In this document: in pieces, positions 1-12,952 of the stretch
Numbering within the stretch: position 1 is the stretch's first letter
Layout of the letters: each line of letters opens with the position of its first letter
From: Planctomycetota bacterium
GTDB taxonomy: Bacteria; Planctomycetota; UBA1135; UBA2386
DNA: 64,000 nt
Assembly: GCA_046290465.1 (NCBI GenBank)
Contig: JBKAGP010000001.1
Coordinates: 5,760,001-5,824,000, forward strand
Direction of reading: 5' to 3'
The notes under the pieces: model-generated
What the model saw: only the letters and a program-made list of their open reading frames with translations
Database searches by the model: none
Told to the model about the DNA's origin: nothing
Translations under genes and position numbers: made by a program

Positions 1-70
1 GCAGCGATCGGGAACGCCGCCAGATCCGAGAGCACGCAGTGTGCGTGTGACCTCTTCGAGCCCTCCAGGT

Positions 71-329
71 TCATCGCAAGGGGCCGACCGTCTTCGGCTG
101 CACTTCGAGCACTTCCGCGATCGCGTCGCATTCCGGCTGCGGCTCGCAGGGCGATATTCGCGCGAAGCACCAGGCGTGCCTGCGTGCTGCGACCGCGAGC
201 GAACTTCTGCAGCTCGCGACGCTCGTCGTTCGTCAGTGTGATCGGAATGCAGCTACTCGCATCGCGTCGGCCTCACAAATAGCCAACGCAGCACGCTCCG
301 CATGCTTGCATCTATTTCCGATGCCTAAG

Positions 330-333
<4 letters not shown>
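71..333 (-). mobile_element. IS630-family relic: frameshifted transposase N-terminus (ATG at 262) plus probable decayed left end finishing at CTAG 330-333
   Basis: Minus strand reads MRVAA / PITLTNDERRELQKFARGRSTQARLVLRANIALRAAAGM / DAIAEVLEVQPKTVGPLR* across two frameshifts, matching the IS630 N-terminal HTH pattern. The element end abuts CTAG, a typical IS630 target context. Confidence 0.75.
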
Positions 334-1817
<1,484 letters not shown>

Positions 1818-1959
1818 CGAGCGGCGCCTGCAGCCGTGGTGGGGGTCTCGTTCATCGAGCGCAGCTTACGGCGGGCGACCGCCGGTCCGTGTGCACAAAG
1901 CGGCTCGCGGCACGCGATTCGCATGCGCGGGCGGCCAGCGGACCAGCGGTTGGGCGTCG

Positions 1960-2322
1960 CTAGGCCCGCAGCATCGCGCCGAGCCAGTGCGCCTGGATGC
2001 CGACCAGCGGCATCACGACCACGCAGGCGGCGGCGACGTCGCGGCGCCGCAGGCGGCGAGCCGCGAGCAGCAGGGCGGCGGCGAGCAGCAGGGTCGCGAT
2101 GCCACCGAAGACGTAGAGCTCGACCACGCGGGTCGCCCCGAACGGCTGCGCGATGGCGCAGCCCGGCAGCCACGCCGGCACGATCGGCAGCAGCTGCAGG
2201 TAGGTCGCGACGGACTGCTCGTTGCCGGTCAGCGGGCCGACGGCGAACGGCACCAGGGTCGGCAGGTAGAGCGCCAGCAGCGTGATCGCGATCGCCTGCT
2301 GCCACGGGCGCCGCGCCGTCAC
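1960..2322 (-). CDS. Small hypothetical membrane protein
   Basis: 120 aa, 3-4 hydrophobic segments; 4-nt overlap with the upstream gene. Confidence 0.65.
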   Translation of the reverse strand: MTARRPWQQAIAITLLALYLPTLVPFAVGPLTGNEQSVATYLQLLPIVPAWLPGCAIAQPFGATRVVELYVFGGIATLLLAAALLLAARRLRRRDVAAACVVVMPLVGIQAHWLGAMLRA

Positions 2323-2675
2323 GCGCCGCCTCCGCGCGCGGCCCGCAGCGCCGCCAGCCGCGGCGCGCGCGCCGCGATCTGCTGTTCGTAGCGCTGCCGG
2401 GCGGCCGTCACCTCAGAGTCCAGCTGGGCGCGTTCGTCGGCATCGACGCACGCGTCGAGCAGATCCTGCAGCCGCAGCCACTCCTTGCGCGCCTCGAGCT
2501 CCGGCGGCACGAAGCCGTTGGACTTCAGCAGCAGGTAGCTGGTGCGCAGCTCGTCGGGCACCGCGGTGACGTCCTCGAGTTCGAGCGGCCGGCCGCTGCC
2601 CGGCAGGCCGCGGAACACGCCGTCTCGTTCGGCGCGCTGCAGGCGTTCTTCGACGATCCGCTCGAACGGCTCCAT
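2319..2675 (-). CDS. DUF1992 (YhdN/DnaJ-associated) domain protein
   Basis: ERIVEERLQRAERDGVFRGLPGSGRPL...VPDELRTSYLLLKSNGFVPPELE. Confidence 0.88.
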   Translation of the reverse strand: MEPFERIVEERLQRAERDGVFRGLPGSGRPLELEDVTAVPDELRTSYLLLKSNGFVPPELEARKEWLRLQDLLDACVDADERAQLDSEVTAARQRYEQQIAARAPRLAALRAARGGGA

Positions 2676-2755
2676 CGCCCGATCCTACCGCCGATCGGGG
2701 CGCTGTGGATCCGAACGGCCCACGCCGGTCGCGTCGGTGGCCCGAGCCGGCCCGG

Positions 2756-3142
2756 TCAGCGCGGTGCCGATGCCAGCGGCGGGTCCGCCGGGGCCTGCAT
2801 CTGCTGCAGCGACTGCAGCAGGCTGACGCGCCAGCCGTCCAGTTCGCGCACGGCGACCATCGGGGTGCGCAGCTCGCCGCAGCGCAGCGGCACGACGGCG
2901 CGGCGATCGTCGAGGTGGCGGGCCGCGCCGACCTCGTAGGGGCCGAGGTCGCGGTAGTCGATGCGCGGGCCGCGGCGCCGTTCGTCGGCCACCAGGCAGC
3001 TGCACGCGGCGTGCTGGTCCCCGGCCCGCCCGGCCTCGACGAACCTGCGCACGGCCGCCTCGGGCGTGCCGCTGCCGGCGGCCGGCGCGGACGGACCGCA
3101 TGCGGCGGGCAGCAGCAGGCACAGCACGGCGAGCAGGCGCAT
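2756..3142 (-). CDS. Hypothetical lipoprotein (NTF2/DUF4878-like)
   Basis: MRLLAVLCLLLPAAC lipobox; TPEAAVRRFVEA start and ELDGWRV end; start moved to ATG 3142. Confidence 0.7.
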   Translation of the reverse strand: MRLLAVLCLLLPAACGPSAPAAGSGTPEAAVRRFVEAGRAGDQHAACSCLVADERRRGPRIDYRDLGPYEVGAARHLDDRRAVVPLRCGELRTPMVAVRELDGWRVSLLQSLQQMQAPADPPLASAPR

Positions 3143-3251
3143 GCTCCGACATCGAGTCGGCGCCGGGGCGACTGGAGCGCGGCAGCGGCGGTGGCTCGAT
3201 GCGGGACACATCGGCCTTGCCGCCGCGCGTTCCCCTCGCCACCATGCCGGC

Positions 3252-3920
3252 ATGAAGGACCTGTTGCCCGCGGTCGAGATCGATCCCGCCGGAACGGCGC
3301 GCGCGTCGGTCGTCTGGCTGCACGGCCTCGGCGCCGACGGCCACGACTTCGCGGCGATCGTGCCCGAGCTGCGTCTGCCCGACGAACTGGGCGTGCGGTT
3401 CGTGTTCCCGCACGCGCCGTCGATCCCGGTGACGATCAACGGCGGCATGGTGATGCCGGCCTGGTACGACATCGCCGAGGTCGACCTGCAGCGCCGCCAC
3501 GACGAGGCCGGGGTGCGGGCCTCGGATCGGCAGGTCCGGGCGCTGCTCGCGCGCGAACACGAGCGCGGCGTGCCGTGGGACCGCATCGTGCTGGCCGGGT
3601 TCTCGCAGGGCGGCGCGATCGCGCTGTTCACCGGGCTCAGGCATCCGCAGCGGCTGGCCGGCGTCATCGCGCTGTCGACCTACCTGGTCGTCGGCGAGAG
3701 CTTCGAGGCCGAGCGTTCGGCGGCCAACCAGGACGTGCCGATCCTGCAGGCGCACGGCAGCCTCGACCCGATGGTGCCGATCGAGCGCGGTGAGGCCGCG
3801 CGCGCCGTGCTCGATCGGCACGGTTACGACGTCGCCTTCCACTCCTACCCGATGCCGCACAGCGTCTGTCCCGAAGAGATCGCGACCGTTCGGGAATTCC
3901 TGGTGCGCGTGCTGGGTTGA
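3252..3920 (+). CDS. Phospholipase/carboxylesterase (alpha/beta hydrolase)
   Basis: WLHGLGADG, MPAWYDI, GFSQGG nucleophile, HGSLDPMV, MPHSV. Confidence 0.95.
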   Translation: MKDLLPAVEIDPAGTARASVVWLHGLGADGHDFAAIVPELRLPDELGVRFVFPHAPSIPVTINGGMVMPAWYDIAEVDLQRRHDEAGVRASDRQVRALLAREHERGVPWDRIVLAGFSQGGAIALFTGLRHPQRLAGVIALSTYLVVGESFEAERSAANQDVPILQAHGSLDPMVPIERGEAARAVLDRHGYDVAFHSYPMPHSVCPEEIATVREFLVRVLG

Positions 3921-3926
3921 GTCCAT

Positions 3927-4733
3927 GTGAGCGCGTTGATGAACCAGCCCGGTTTCGACCAACTGCAACGACGCCTGCAGCCGCTGCGCGAGCGCCTGCT
4001 CGCGCATCCGGTCTACGCCGCCCTGCGAACGGTCGGGGACCTGCGCACGTTCCTGTCGCTGCACGTGTTCGCGGTGTGGGACTTCATGTCCCTGCTCAAG
4101 GCCCTGCAGCGCCGGTTGACCTCGCTCGACGAGGTCTGGCGACCGGTCGGGGATCGCGATGCGCGGCGGCTGGTCAACGAGATCGTGCTCGGCGAGGAGA
4201 GCGACGAGGTGCAGGGCCGCTACGTCAGCCACTTCGAGATGTATGTCGAGGCGATCCATCAGGCCGGCGGCTCGACGGCCGCGATCGACGCGGTGTTCGC
4301 GCGGCTCGATGCCGGCGACGACGTGCTGACGGCGCTGTCGGCGGCGCCGGTTGCGGCGCGGCGCTTCTCGACCACCACGTTCGAGGTGGTGCGCAGCGGC
4401 TCGCTGCCGGCGATCGCGGCGGCGTTCACGCTCGGGCGCGAGGACGTGATCCCGTCGATGTTCACCGAGCTGGTCCGCGACCTGCACCGCCAGGGTCGCG
4501 CCGACACGAGCCTGCTGGTCGACTACCTGGATCGCCACATCGAACTCGACGGCGACCACCACGGGCCGATGGCCGCCCGGCTGTTGGCGAGCGTCTGTGG
4601 CGACGACGAGGGGCGCTGGCGCGAGGCGGAGCAGGCCGCGGCGGCGGCGCTGCGTGCGCGCATCGAGCTGTGGGACGCCGTGCTGGCCGCGCTGGCTGGG
4701 CAGGCGCCCACTGGCGACGCTACTTCGCGTTGA
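3927..4733 (+). CDS. DUF3050 heme-oxygenase-like protein
   Basis: HVFAVWDFMSLLKALQ, NEIVLGEESD, SHFEMY, GREDVIP, YLDRHIELDGDHHGP. Confidence 0.92.
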   Translation: MSALMNQPGFDQLQRRLQPLRERLLAHPVYAALRTVGDLRTFLSLHVFAVWDFMSLLKALQRRLTSLDEVWRPVGDRDARRLVNEIVLGEESDEVQGRYVSHFEMYVEAIHQAGGSTAAIDAVFARLDAGDDVLTALSAAPVAARRFSTTTFEVVRSGSLPAIAAAFTLGREDVIPSMFTELVRDLHRQGRADTSLLVDYLDRHIELDGDHHGPMAARLLASVCGDDEGRWREAEQAAAAALRARIELWDAVLAALAGQAPTGDATSR

Positions 4734-6321
4734 GCTCGACCTCGAAGTCTTCGGCCAGGGCGTGCGCCCGGTCGGTCGGCATCGGCCCGTCCCACGGCCA
4801 GGTCGCGTTGACGTAGTCGGGCAGGTTGAGCAGCATGCCCTCGGCGCCGCGCAGGTGCAGCGTGCGCGCCGGCATCACGTCGGTCGCGCGCCACAGGCCT
4901 TCGACGTGCCACTGCTGGCCGTGGTCGTGGCCGAGCACGCGGGACCAGACGCCGCCGCGCACGGGCTGCACGATTGGGTTGCTGGTCGCCGCGTTCTTGG
5001 CGATCTCGACGTCGTAGTCGGTGACCATCGACGCGGTCTCGCCGACGAACGCGTGCGCCGGCAGGCCGGCGACCAGCGGCTGCACGATCGCCAGCGACGG
5101 CCGTTCGCCGCGGGCCTTGCGGGTGATGCGCAGCTCGGCCGCCTGCAGCTGCGCGTCGGCGAGTTCGCGCAGCGCCCGCTCGGCGCGCGCGCACGCCGCC
5201 ATGTCGTCGTCGACGACCAGGGTCGGGCCGTACATCGCGACGGTGCCGTCGTCGCCGCCGAGGAACGACGCCAGTGACTGCGGCGACAGCACCGGCAGCT
5301 CGGCGACCGGGCCGAAGTCGCCGCGCTCCTCGCCGGCGAACGGGCCGGCGTAGACCGAGAACCGGGCCGGCACCTGGGCCTGCCACGCGCTCGCCGGGAA
5401 CACCATCAGGTTGCCCTGCGGCGGGCCGGGCGGCGTGACGATGCGCGCGTGCACCGCGAACAGGAACTGCATGCCGTCCTTACTGGCTTCGCGCGCGCCG
5501 ACGATCAGGCCGTCGCCGCTGCGCACGCGGCCGGCGAAGGTCACGTAGCCGGCGCCTCGGCTGACGAAGTCGACGTTGGGCTTGTCGCCGCCGGTCGCGA
5601 TCTCGACCGCCTCGTCGCCCTCGGCGATCCGCCACGAGCCGTGCAGCAGCAGGTCGTCACCGGGCAGCGCGTGCGCGGTCACCGCGACGCGCACGCCGCG
5701 GAAGCTCGCCTCGACCTTGGGGTCGTGGATGGTCGCCTCCTCGGCGACCTCCGCGTCGAGGTCGCGCACGTACGAGGTCCAGCGCGCGTCGCCGAGCTGG
5801 ACCGAGCCGCCCGGCCGCGTGCTCGCCTTCGCCGACCAGATTGGCGGCGTGTTGGCGAGCCGCGCCTGCATGCTCTTCTGGTCCGACCAGGCGCTCGGCA
5901 GGCCGTTGGCCGGCATCGGCAGGCGGTAGGCGGTGATCTCGATGCTGCGGCTCAGCGCCGCGGCCATCGTGTCGAGGTCGAGCAGGCAGGCGTTGACGGC
6001 CGCCTTGTTGCCGCGCAGCGTCACGCGCGATTCGTCGAAGGCCAGTCGCAGTTCGCCGCTGTCGATCGCCCGCGCGTGGCGGGACTTCAGCACCTTCTCG
6101 ACCCACTCGGGGCTCTCGGCGTCGATCCGCGCCGACGCGTCGCGGGGGAGCTCACGGCGGTCGTCGACCTCGTCGAACGGCCGCTGGTTGCCGCTCTGCA
6201 GCGACGGCGACCGGAACGCCTGCAGCGAACGGACCGCGACGACCCGTTCGTCGGACTGCGCGCACAGCGCGGATACGAGACTCGCCAGCAACAGCATCGC
6301 CCTTAGCATCAGGGCGAGCAT
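4720..6321 (-). CDS. Exported protein with two tandem secretin-like modules
   Basis: Signal peptide; internal repeat SYVRDLDAEVAEEATIHDPKV / SMVTDYDVEIAKNAATSNPIV, each preceded by an N3-like segment. Confidence 0.6.
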   Translation of the reverse strand: MLALMLRAMLLLASLVSALCAQSDERVVAVRSLQAFRSPSLQSGNQRPFDEVDDRRELPRDASARIDAESPEWVEKVLKSRHARAIDSGELRLAFDESRVTLRGNKAAVNACLLDLDTMAAALSRSIEITAYRLPMPANGLPSAWSDQKSMQARLANTPPIWSAKASTRPGGSVQLGDARWTSYVRDLDAEVAEEATIHDPKVEASFRGVRVAVTAHALPGDDLLLHGSWRIAEGDEAVEIATGGDKPNVDFVSRGAGYVTFAGRVRSGDGLIVGAREASKDGMQFLFAVHARIVTPPGPPQGNLMVFPASAWQAQVPARFSVYAGPFAGEERGDFGPVAELPVLSPQSLASFLGGDDGTVAMYGPTLVVDDDMAACARAERALRELADAQLQAAELRITRKARGERPSLAIVQPLVAGLPAHAFVGETASMVTDYDVEIAKNAATSNPIVQPVRGGVWSRVLGHDHGQQWHVEGLWRATDVMPARTLHLRGAEGMLLNLPDYVNATWPWDGPMPTDRAHALAEDFEVELNAK

Positions 6322-6326
6322 AGCCC

Positions 6327-7367
6327 ATGCGTCCCGTCACCAATCCTCCCAACCCGTGGTCGTCCAGCCACACCGAGCTGCTCGGCGAAGCGCCGGACGC
6401 GCAGCTGCAGGTCTACGAGGAGGATGCCGGGTCGATCGTCGCCGAGAACCAGAGCCCGGACATCCCATTCCGCTGGTCGCTCAACCCGTATCGCGGCTGC
6501 TTTCACGGCTGCGCCTACTGCTACGCGCGGCCGACGCACCAGTACCTCGGCTTCGGCGCGGGCACCGACTTCGAGCGCCGCATCGTCGTCAAGCGCAACG
6601 CGGCGGCGCTGCTGCGGCACAAGCTGATGCGGCCGTCGTGGCGCGGCGAGAACCTGGTGTTCAGCGGCGTGACCGACTGCTACCAGCCGCTCGAGGCGAG
6701 CTACCGGCTGACGCGCGCCTGCCTCGAGGTGTGCGCAGAGTTCCGACAGCCGGTCGGCATCATCACCAAGGGCGCGCTGGTCGAACGCGACGTCGACCTG
6801 CTGGCGCGCCTCGCCGAGCACGGGGCGGCGACGGTGTTCGTCAGCGTGCCGTTCGCCGACGCCGAGGACTCGCGGGCGATCGAGCCGTTCGTGGCGTTGC
6901 CCGAGCGACGCCTGCGCGCGCTGCGCACGCTCGCCGATGCCGGCGTGCCGGTCGGCGTCAGCGTCTCGCCGCTGATCCCCGGCCTCAACGACCACCAGGT
7001 GCCGGCGATCCTCGAGGCGGCGCGCGACGCCGGCGCGACGCAGGCGTTCCACGTGCTGCTGCGCATGCCCGGCGAGGTCGAGCAGGTGTTCACCGAACGG
7101 CTGCAGCAGGCGTTCCCGCTGCGCGCCGAGAAGGTGCTGTCGCTGGTCCGGCAGATGCGCGGTGGCCGCCACAACGACGCGCGCTTCGGGTCGCGCATGA
7201 AGGGCGAGGGCGCGCGCTACCAGCTGATCGCGGATCTGTTCGACCGCACCGCGCGTCGGCTCGGCATGAGCGCGCCGCGACCGGCGACCGAGCCGAGCCC
7301 GTTCCGGCTGCCGCACCGGCAGCTCGGGCTGTTCGCCGCCGACCCGTGCGACGGAGGGCCGTCGTGA
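6327..7367 (+). CDS. Radical SAM protein, PA0069/Rv2578c (SplB-like) family
   Basis: SLNPYRGCFHGCAYCYARPTH (CX3CX2C), GVTDCYQPLE, IITKGAL, PLIPGLND. Confidence 0.95.
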   Translation: MRPVTNPPNPWSSSHTELLGEAPDAQLQVYEEDAGSIVAENQSPDIPFRWSLNPYRGCFHGCAYCYARPTHQYLGFGAGTDFERRIVVKRNAAALLRHKLMRPSWRGENLVFSGVTDCYQPLEASYRLTRACLEVCAEFRQPVGIITKGALVERDVDLLARLAEHGAATVFVSVPFADAEDSRAIEPFVALPERRLRALRTLADAGVPVGVSVSPLIPGLNDHQVPAILEAARDAGATQAFHVLLRMPGEVEQVFTERLQQAFPLRAEKVLSLVRQMRGGRHNDARFGSRMKGEGARYQLIADLFDRTARRLGMSAPRPATEPSPFRLPHRQLGLFAADPCDGGPS

Positions 7368-7831
7368 AGGTGCGCCTGTTGACCGTGAGCCACAAGCAGC
7401 CGCGCTGGGTGGTCGACGGCTGCGCCGAGTACGAGAAGCGGCTGCCGCGCGCCTGGCAGTTCCGGCTGGTCGAGATCAAGCCGGAAGCCCGCACCAGCGG
7501 CGCGACCACCGACAAGGTGCAGCGCGGCGAGGCCGACCGCATCCGCCGGGCGCTGCCGAAGAACGCGCTGCTGGTGGCGCTCGACGAGCGCGGCGCGTTG
7601 TGGACGACCGAGCAGTTCGCCGAGCGGATCGAGCGGTGGCAGCAGAGCGGCCGCGACCTCGCGTTCGTGATCGGTGGCGCCGATGGCCTCGATCCCGAGT
7701 TGCGGCGCGAGGCCGACGAGTGCCTGTCGCTGTCGCGCATGGTGATGCCGCACGGCCTGGTCCGGGTCGTGTTCGTCGAACAGCTGTATCGCGCCGCGAC
7801 GGTGATCGACGGCCATCCGTACCACAAATGA
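7364..7831 (+). CDS. rlmH: 23S rRNA (pseudouridine1915-N3)-methyltransferase
   Basis: LDERG, FVIGGADGL, LSLSRMVMPH, EQLYRA...GHPYHK; GTG start overlapping the upstream stop. Confidence 0.95.
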   Translation: MKVRLLTVSHKQPRWVVDGCAEYEKRLPRAWQFRLVEIKPEARTSGATTDKVQRGEADRIRRALPKNALLVALDERGALWTTEQFAERIERWQQSGRDLAFVIGGADGLDPELRREADECLSLSRMVMPHGLVRVVFVEQLYRAATVIDGHPYHK

Positions 7832-9120
7832 ACGTGCCGTCCTCTGAGGTCCGTGTGCACGTCGCCGCGGTGGTGGCGCAGTGCCTCGAACGTGCCCGTG
7901 CACCGGCGGACGCGATGGCGTCGATGCCGGCGCTTCGCGGTGCCTCGCCGCAGCTGCGCGGCGACGTCGCGTCGTGGTCGCTGCGCACGCTGTCCGCGCG
8001 CCTGCGCCTGGAGGTGGCGCTGTCGGGTGTCGAAGGCCAGGAACTGCCGCGCCAGCCGGCCGAGCGCGCCCGGCTGCTGTCGCTGGCGGCGATGGTGGAG
8101 GCGGGGTTGCCGACCGGATCGTGGAGTGCCGGGCTGCCGAGCCGCGAACGGCTCCGTGCTGCGGTCGACGCGATCGACGATCCGATCGCGCGGCTGGCGG
8201 CGCGCGGCGCGGTGCCGCGCTGGCTGGCGTCGCGGTTCGCCGCGGCGTTCGGAGGAGAGGCCGACCAGGTGCTGGCCGGTCTCGGCGAGCCGCCGCCGCG
8301 CACGCTGCGCACCAACCTGTTGCGCGGCGACCGGGACGCGCTGCAGGAGGAGCTCGGGGCCGAAGGGGTCGCGACCGAGCCGGCGCGGTTCGCGCCGACC
8401 GCGCTGCACTGCGTCGACGGGGCCGACCTGTTCGCGACCGACGCGTTCCGCGACGGCTGGTTCGAACAGCAGGACGAAGCCAGCCAGCTGGCGGTGTGGG
8501 CGACCGCGCCGCCGCCCAAGGGCCGGGTGCTCGACCTGTGCTGCGGCAGCGGCGGCAAGACGCTCGGCCTCGCGGCGGCCCTGCGCAACCGCGGTGCGGT
8601 GATGGCGGCCGACGTGCACGCGGGCCGGCTGCGTGAGCTGCGCAAGCGGCTCGCCCGCGCCCGCGTCGACAACGTCGAACCGCGTTCGCTGGACGAAGAC
8701 TGCGAGCGTGTCGAGAGCTTCGCGCGGACCTGTGACCGCATCCTGATCGATGCACCGTGCAGCGGCACGGGCTCGTGGCGGCGCCGCCCGCAGGCGCGCA
8801 CCGCGATCGGAGAACGCGACCTCGACGAGCTGGTCCGGACGCAGCGCGACCTGCTGCTGCGCGCGGCTGGCTGGCTCGCGCCGGGAGCCCGGCTGATCTA
8901 CGCCACCTGCTCGTTGTTGCCCGAGGAGAACGTCGCACAGGTCGACTGGTTGCGTGAGCGCGCGCCGGACCTCGAGCTCGTCCGGCTGGTCGAGATCCTC
9001 GGCCGCGATCGGGCGGCTCCGATCGCCGATGCCACCGGCACGTTCCTGCAGGTCCGCCCGGACCGTCACGGCTGCGACGGCTTCTTCCTGGCGGTGCTGC
9101 GGCGGCCACGCGGGGTTTGA
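7828..9120 (+). CDS. RsmB/NOP (Sun) family m5C RNA methyltransferase
   Basis: QDEASQL, DLCCGSGGKT, DAPCSGTG, YATCSLLPEEN, HGCDGFF. Confidence 0.93.
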   Translation: MNVPSSEVRVHVAAVVAQCLERARAPADAMASMPALRGASPQLRGDVASWSLRTLSARLRLEVALSGVEGQELPRQPAERARLLSLAAMVEAGLPTGSWSAGLPSRERLRAAVDAIDDPIARLAARGAVPRWLASRFAAAFGGEADQVLAGLGEPPPRTLRTNLLRGDRDALQEELGAEGVATEPARFAPTALHCVDGADLFATDAFRDGWFEQQDEASQLAVWATAPPPKGRVLDLCCGSGGKTLGLAAALRNRGAVMAADVHAGRLRELRKRLARARVDNVEPRSLDEDCERVESFARTCDRILIDAPCSGTGSWRRRPQARTAIGERDLDELVRTQRDLLLRAAGWLAPGARLIYATCSLLPEENVAQVDWLRERAPDLELVRLVEILGRDRAAPIADATGTFLQVRPDRHGCDGFFLAVLRRPRGV

Positions 9121-9158
9121 CTCATCGCGGGCGTCGCCGGTTGCCGATCAGGTGGCCG

Positions 9159-11033
<1,875 letters not shown>

Positions 11034-11087
11034 CACCGCATACCGAACCCGGTTCAGGTTGCGCCACCTGGCGCCCGGCGGCGCGCC

Positions 11088-11585
11088 CTACAGGTCGTAG
11101 AACTCGAGGTCGACGCCGAGCACCTGCTTGGTCCACGCGTAGATCTGGCCGGCGTGGCCGGAAGTGTGCTCGAGAACGTGCAGGATCGCCGACAGGCCGT
11201 TCTCGGCGTAGCCCTGGATGGTGCGCGCCGCGAGCAGTTCGTTGACGTCGACCGCGTCGACGGTGTCGCAGGCGTCGCGGTAGACGCGCCCGAGCGCTGC
11301 GGTCATCTCGGCGACGGTGTGCTCGCCCTCGGCGGCGAACTCGGCGTCGCGCTGCCGCCGGTCCTCCAGCTCCGTGAACTCGGCCACGATCCACTGCGTG
11401 GTGTTGCCGCACAGATGCAGGACCAGGTTGCCGACCGAGTTGGTGTTGGCGGACGGGCGCTGCCAGACGCGCTGCTCGCCGAGCAGTTCGGCACAGCGGG
11501 TGATGCGCGGCAACTGCTCCTCGAGCAGCCGCCGACGGAACTCGCGACGAACGGTGGCGACCAGCTGGTCGAGCCGCTCGCTCAC
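11088..11585 (-). CDS. DinB/DUF1572 family protein
   Basis: NSVGNLVLHLCGN, RQRDAEF, HVLEHTSGHAGQI; GTG start overlapping the upstream stop. Confidence 0.88.
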   Translation of the reverse strand: MSERLDQLVATVRREFRRRLLEEQLPRITRCAELLGEQRVWQRPSANTNSVGNLVLHLCGNTTQWIVAEFTELEDRRQRDAEFAAEGEHTVAEMTAALGRVYRDACDTVDAVDVNELLAARTIQGYAENGLSAILHVLEHTSGHAGQIYAWTKQVLGVDLEFYDL

Positions 11586-12052
11586 GCGACCTCGTCCTGC
11601 TCCGCGGCCGCCTTGCCGGCGGCGGTGCTCGTCTCGCCCTGCCGGCGCTCCTTGCGGCGCAGGTCGCCGACCTCCTCCTCGAGCAGCGCCAGCCGCTGCG
11701 CGAGCGTGCGCTGACGGTGGGTCAGGCGGCTGAGCCGGATCGAGAACTGCACGCACAGCGCCATCAGGAACACGATCGCCCCGAAGAACAGCGTCGACGC
11801 CGAGCTCGCGGCGCCGAGCCAGCCGGTGATCGTCAGCAGCAGGTCCTGGTCGAGCGCGAGCACGCACACGGCGACGGCGGTCGCGACCCAGACCCACGAG
11901 TACTCTTCGCGCAGCTTGCGGCGGCGCACCAGCTCGAACACCACCAGCACGACGGCGATCGCGCCGGCGATCGCGACGATGCGCTGGCGGTCGTGCATCG
12001 GTTCGAGGTCGGCGGCGAACGTGGCCGCGAGCTGCAGCGTGGAGCCGATCAC
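11582..12052 (-). CDS. DUF2304 family membrane protein
   Basis: FELVRRRKLREEYSWVW, SIRLSRL...LAQRLALLE; follows a GT2 gene, as is typical. Confidence 0.88.
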   Translation of the reverse strand: MIGSTLQLAATFAADLEPMHDRQRIVAIAGAIAVVLVVFELVRRRKLREEYSWVWVATAVAVCVLALDQDLLLTITGWLGAASSASTLFFGAIVFLMALCVQFSIRLSRLTHRQRTLAQRLALLEEEVGDLRRKERRQGETSTAAGKAAAEQDEVA

Positions 12053-12786
12053 GACGTCCTCGCGACGGTGTCCGCGGTGCGCAGCGGAGTCGGCCGACGG
12101 ATCGGCATCAGCAGCAGCGTCAGCAGCATCTTGTAGCCGTAGTAGGCGATGCGCGCGCCGCGGTGCATCGACAGGCCGCCGATGCGTTCGTGCATCACGA
12201 CCGGCACCTCACGCACGACCAGGCCGCGGCGGTGGTGCTGCACCAGCACGTCGGCGTCGGGGTAGTCCTCGGGGAAGCCGTCGTTGACGACCGAATCGAG
12301 CGCGCGGCGCGACAGGCCCTGGAAGCCGCTGGTGGGGTCGGTGATCCGCGAGCCGATCCAGCGGCTGGCGATCCACGAGAACAGGCGCGTGCCGACGCGG
12401 CGGGCGAAGCTGCTGCGCGGCGCCCGCTGGTCGAGGTAGCGCGAGCCGAGCGCGATGTCGGCGCCCTGGTCGAGCGCGTCGACCAGGCGGGCGAGCATGG
12501 TCGGATCGTGCTGGCCGTCGGCGTCCATCTGCAGCACGCGCTGGTAGCCACCGCGCAGCGCGGCGCAGTATCCCGAGTGCAGCGCCGTGCCGTAGCCGAG
12601 GTTGAACGGGTGGCGCAGCACGCGCGCGCCGGCGGCGCGGGCCTCCATCGCGGTGCCGTCCGGGCTGCCGTCGTCGACCACCAGCACGTCCAGGTCCAGC
12701 TGCTGACGGCGCACGGCGCGCACGACGTCACCGACGCGTCCGGATTCGCAATAGGCAGGAATGACGAGGACGGTGGAAGCGCGCAC
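12049..12786 (-). CDS. Glycosyltransferase family 2 (DPM1-like)
   Basis: VIPAY, VVDDGSPDGT, NLGYG, MDADGQH, DPTSGF; start estimated at GTG 12786. Confidence 0.92.
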   Translation of the reverse strand: MRASTVLVIPAYCESGRVGDVVRAVRRQQLDLDVLVVDDGSPDGTAMEARAAGARVLRHPFNLGYGTALHSGYCAALRGGYQRVLQMDADGQHDPTMLARLVDALDQGADIALGSRYLDQRAPRSSFARRVGTRLFSWIASRWIGSRITDPTSGFQGLSRRALDSVVNDGFPEDYPDADVLVQHHRRGLVVREVPVVMHERIGGLSMHRGARIAYYGYKMLLTLLLMPIRRPTPLRTADTVARTS

Positions 12787-12952
12787 GGGGGGGACTCCCC
12801 CGCAGTCTATGGACGTGGTCGCGCCGCCGCCAATGCTTGTTGCCGATTGCGCAGCGATGCGGCAGAACGCTTCGCCGGGCCCTGCGCTTGCGGCAGAATC
12901 TGCTGGTGGGGGTGGGCCCGAAGGCGCGCCCGACCTACCAGACCGAAAGACC

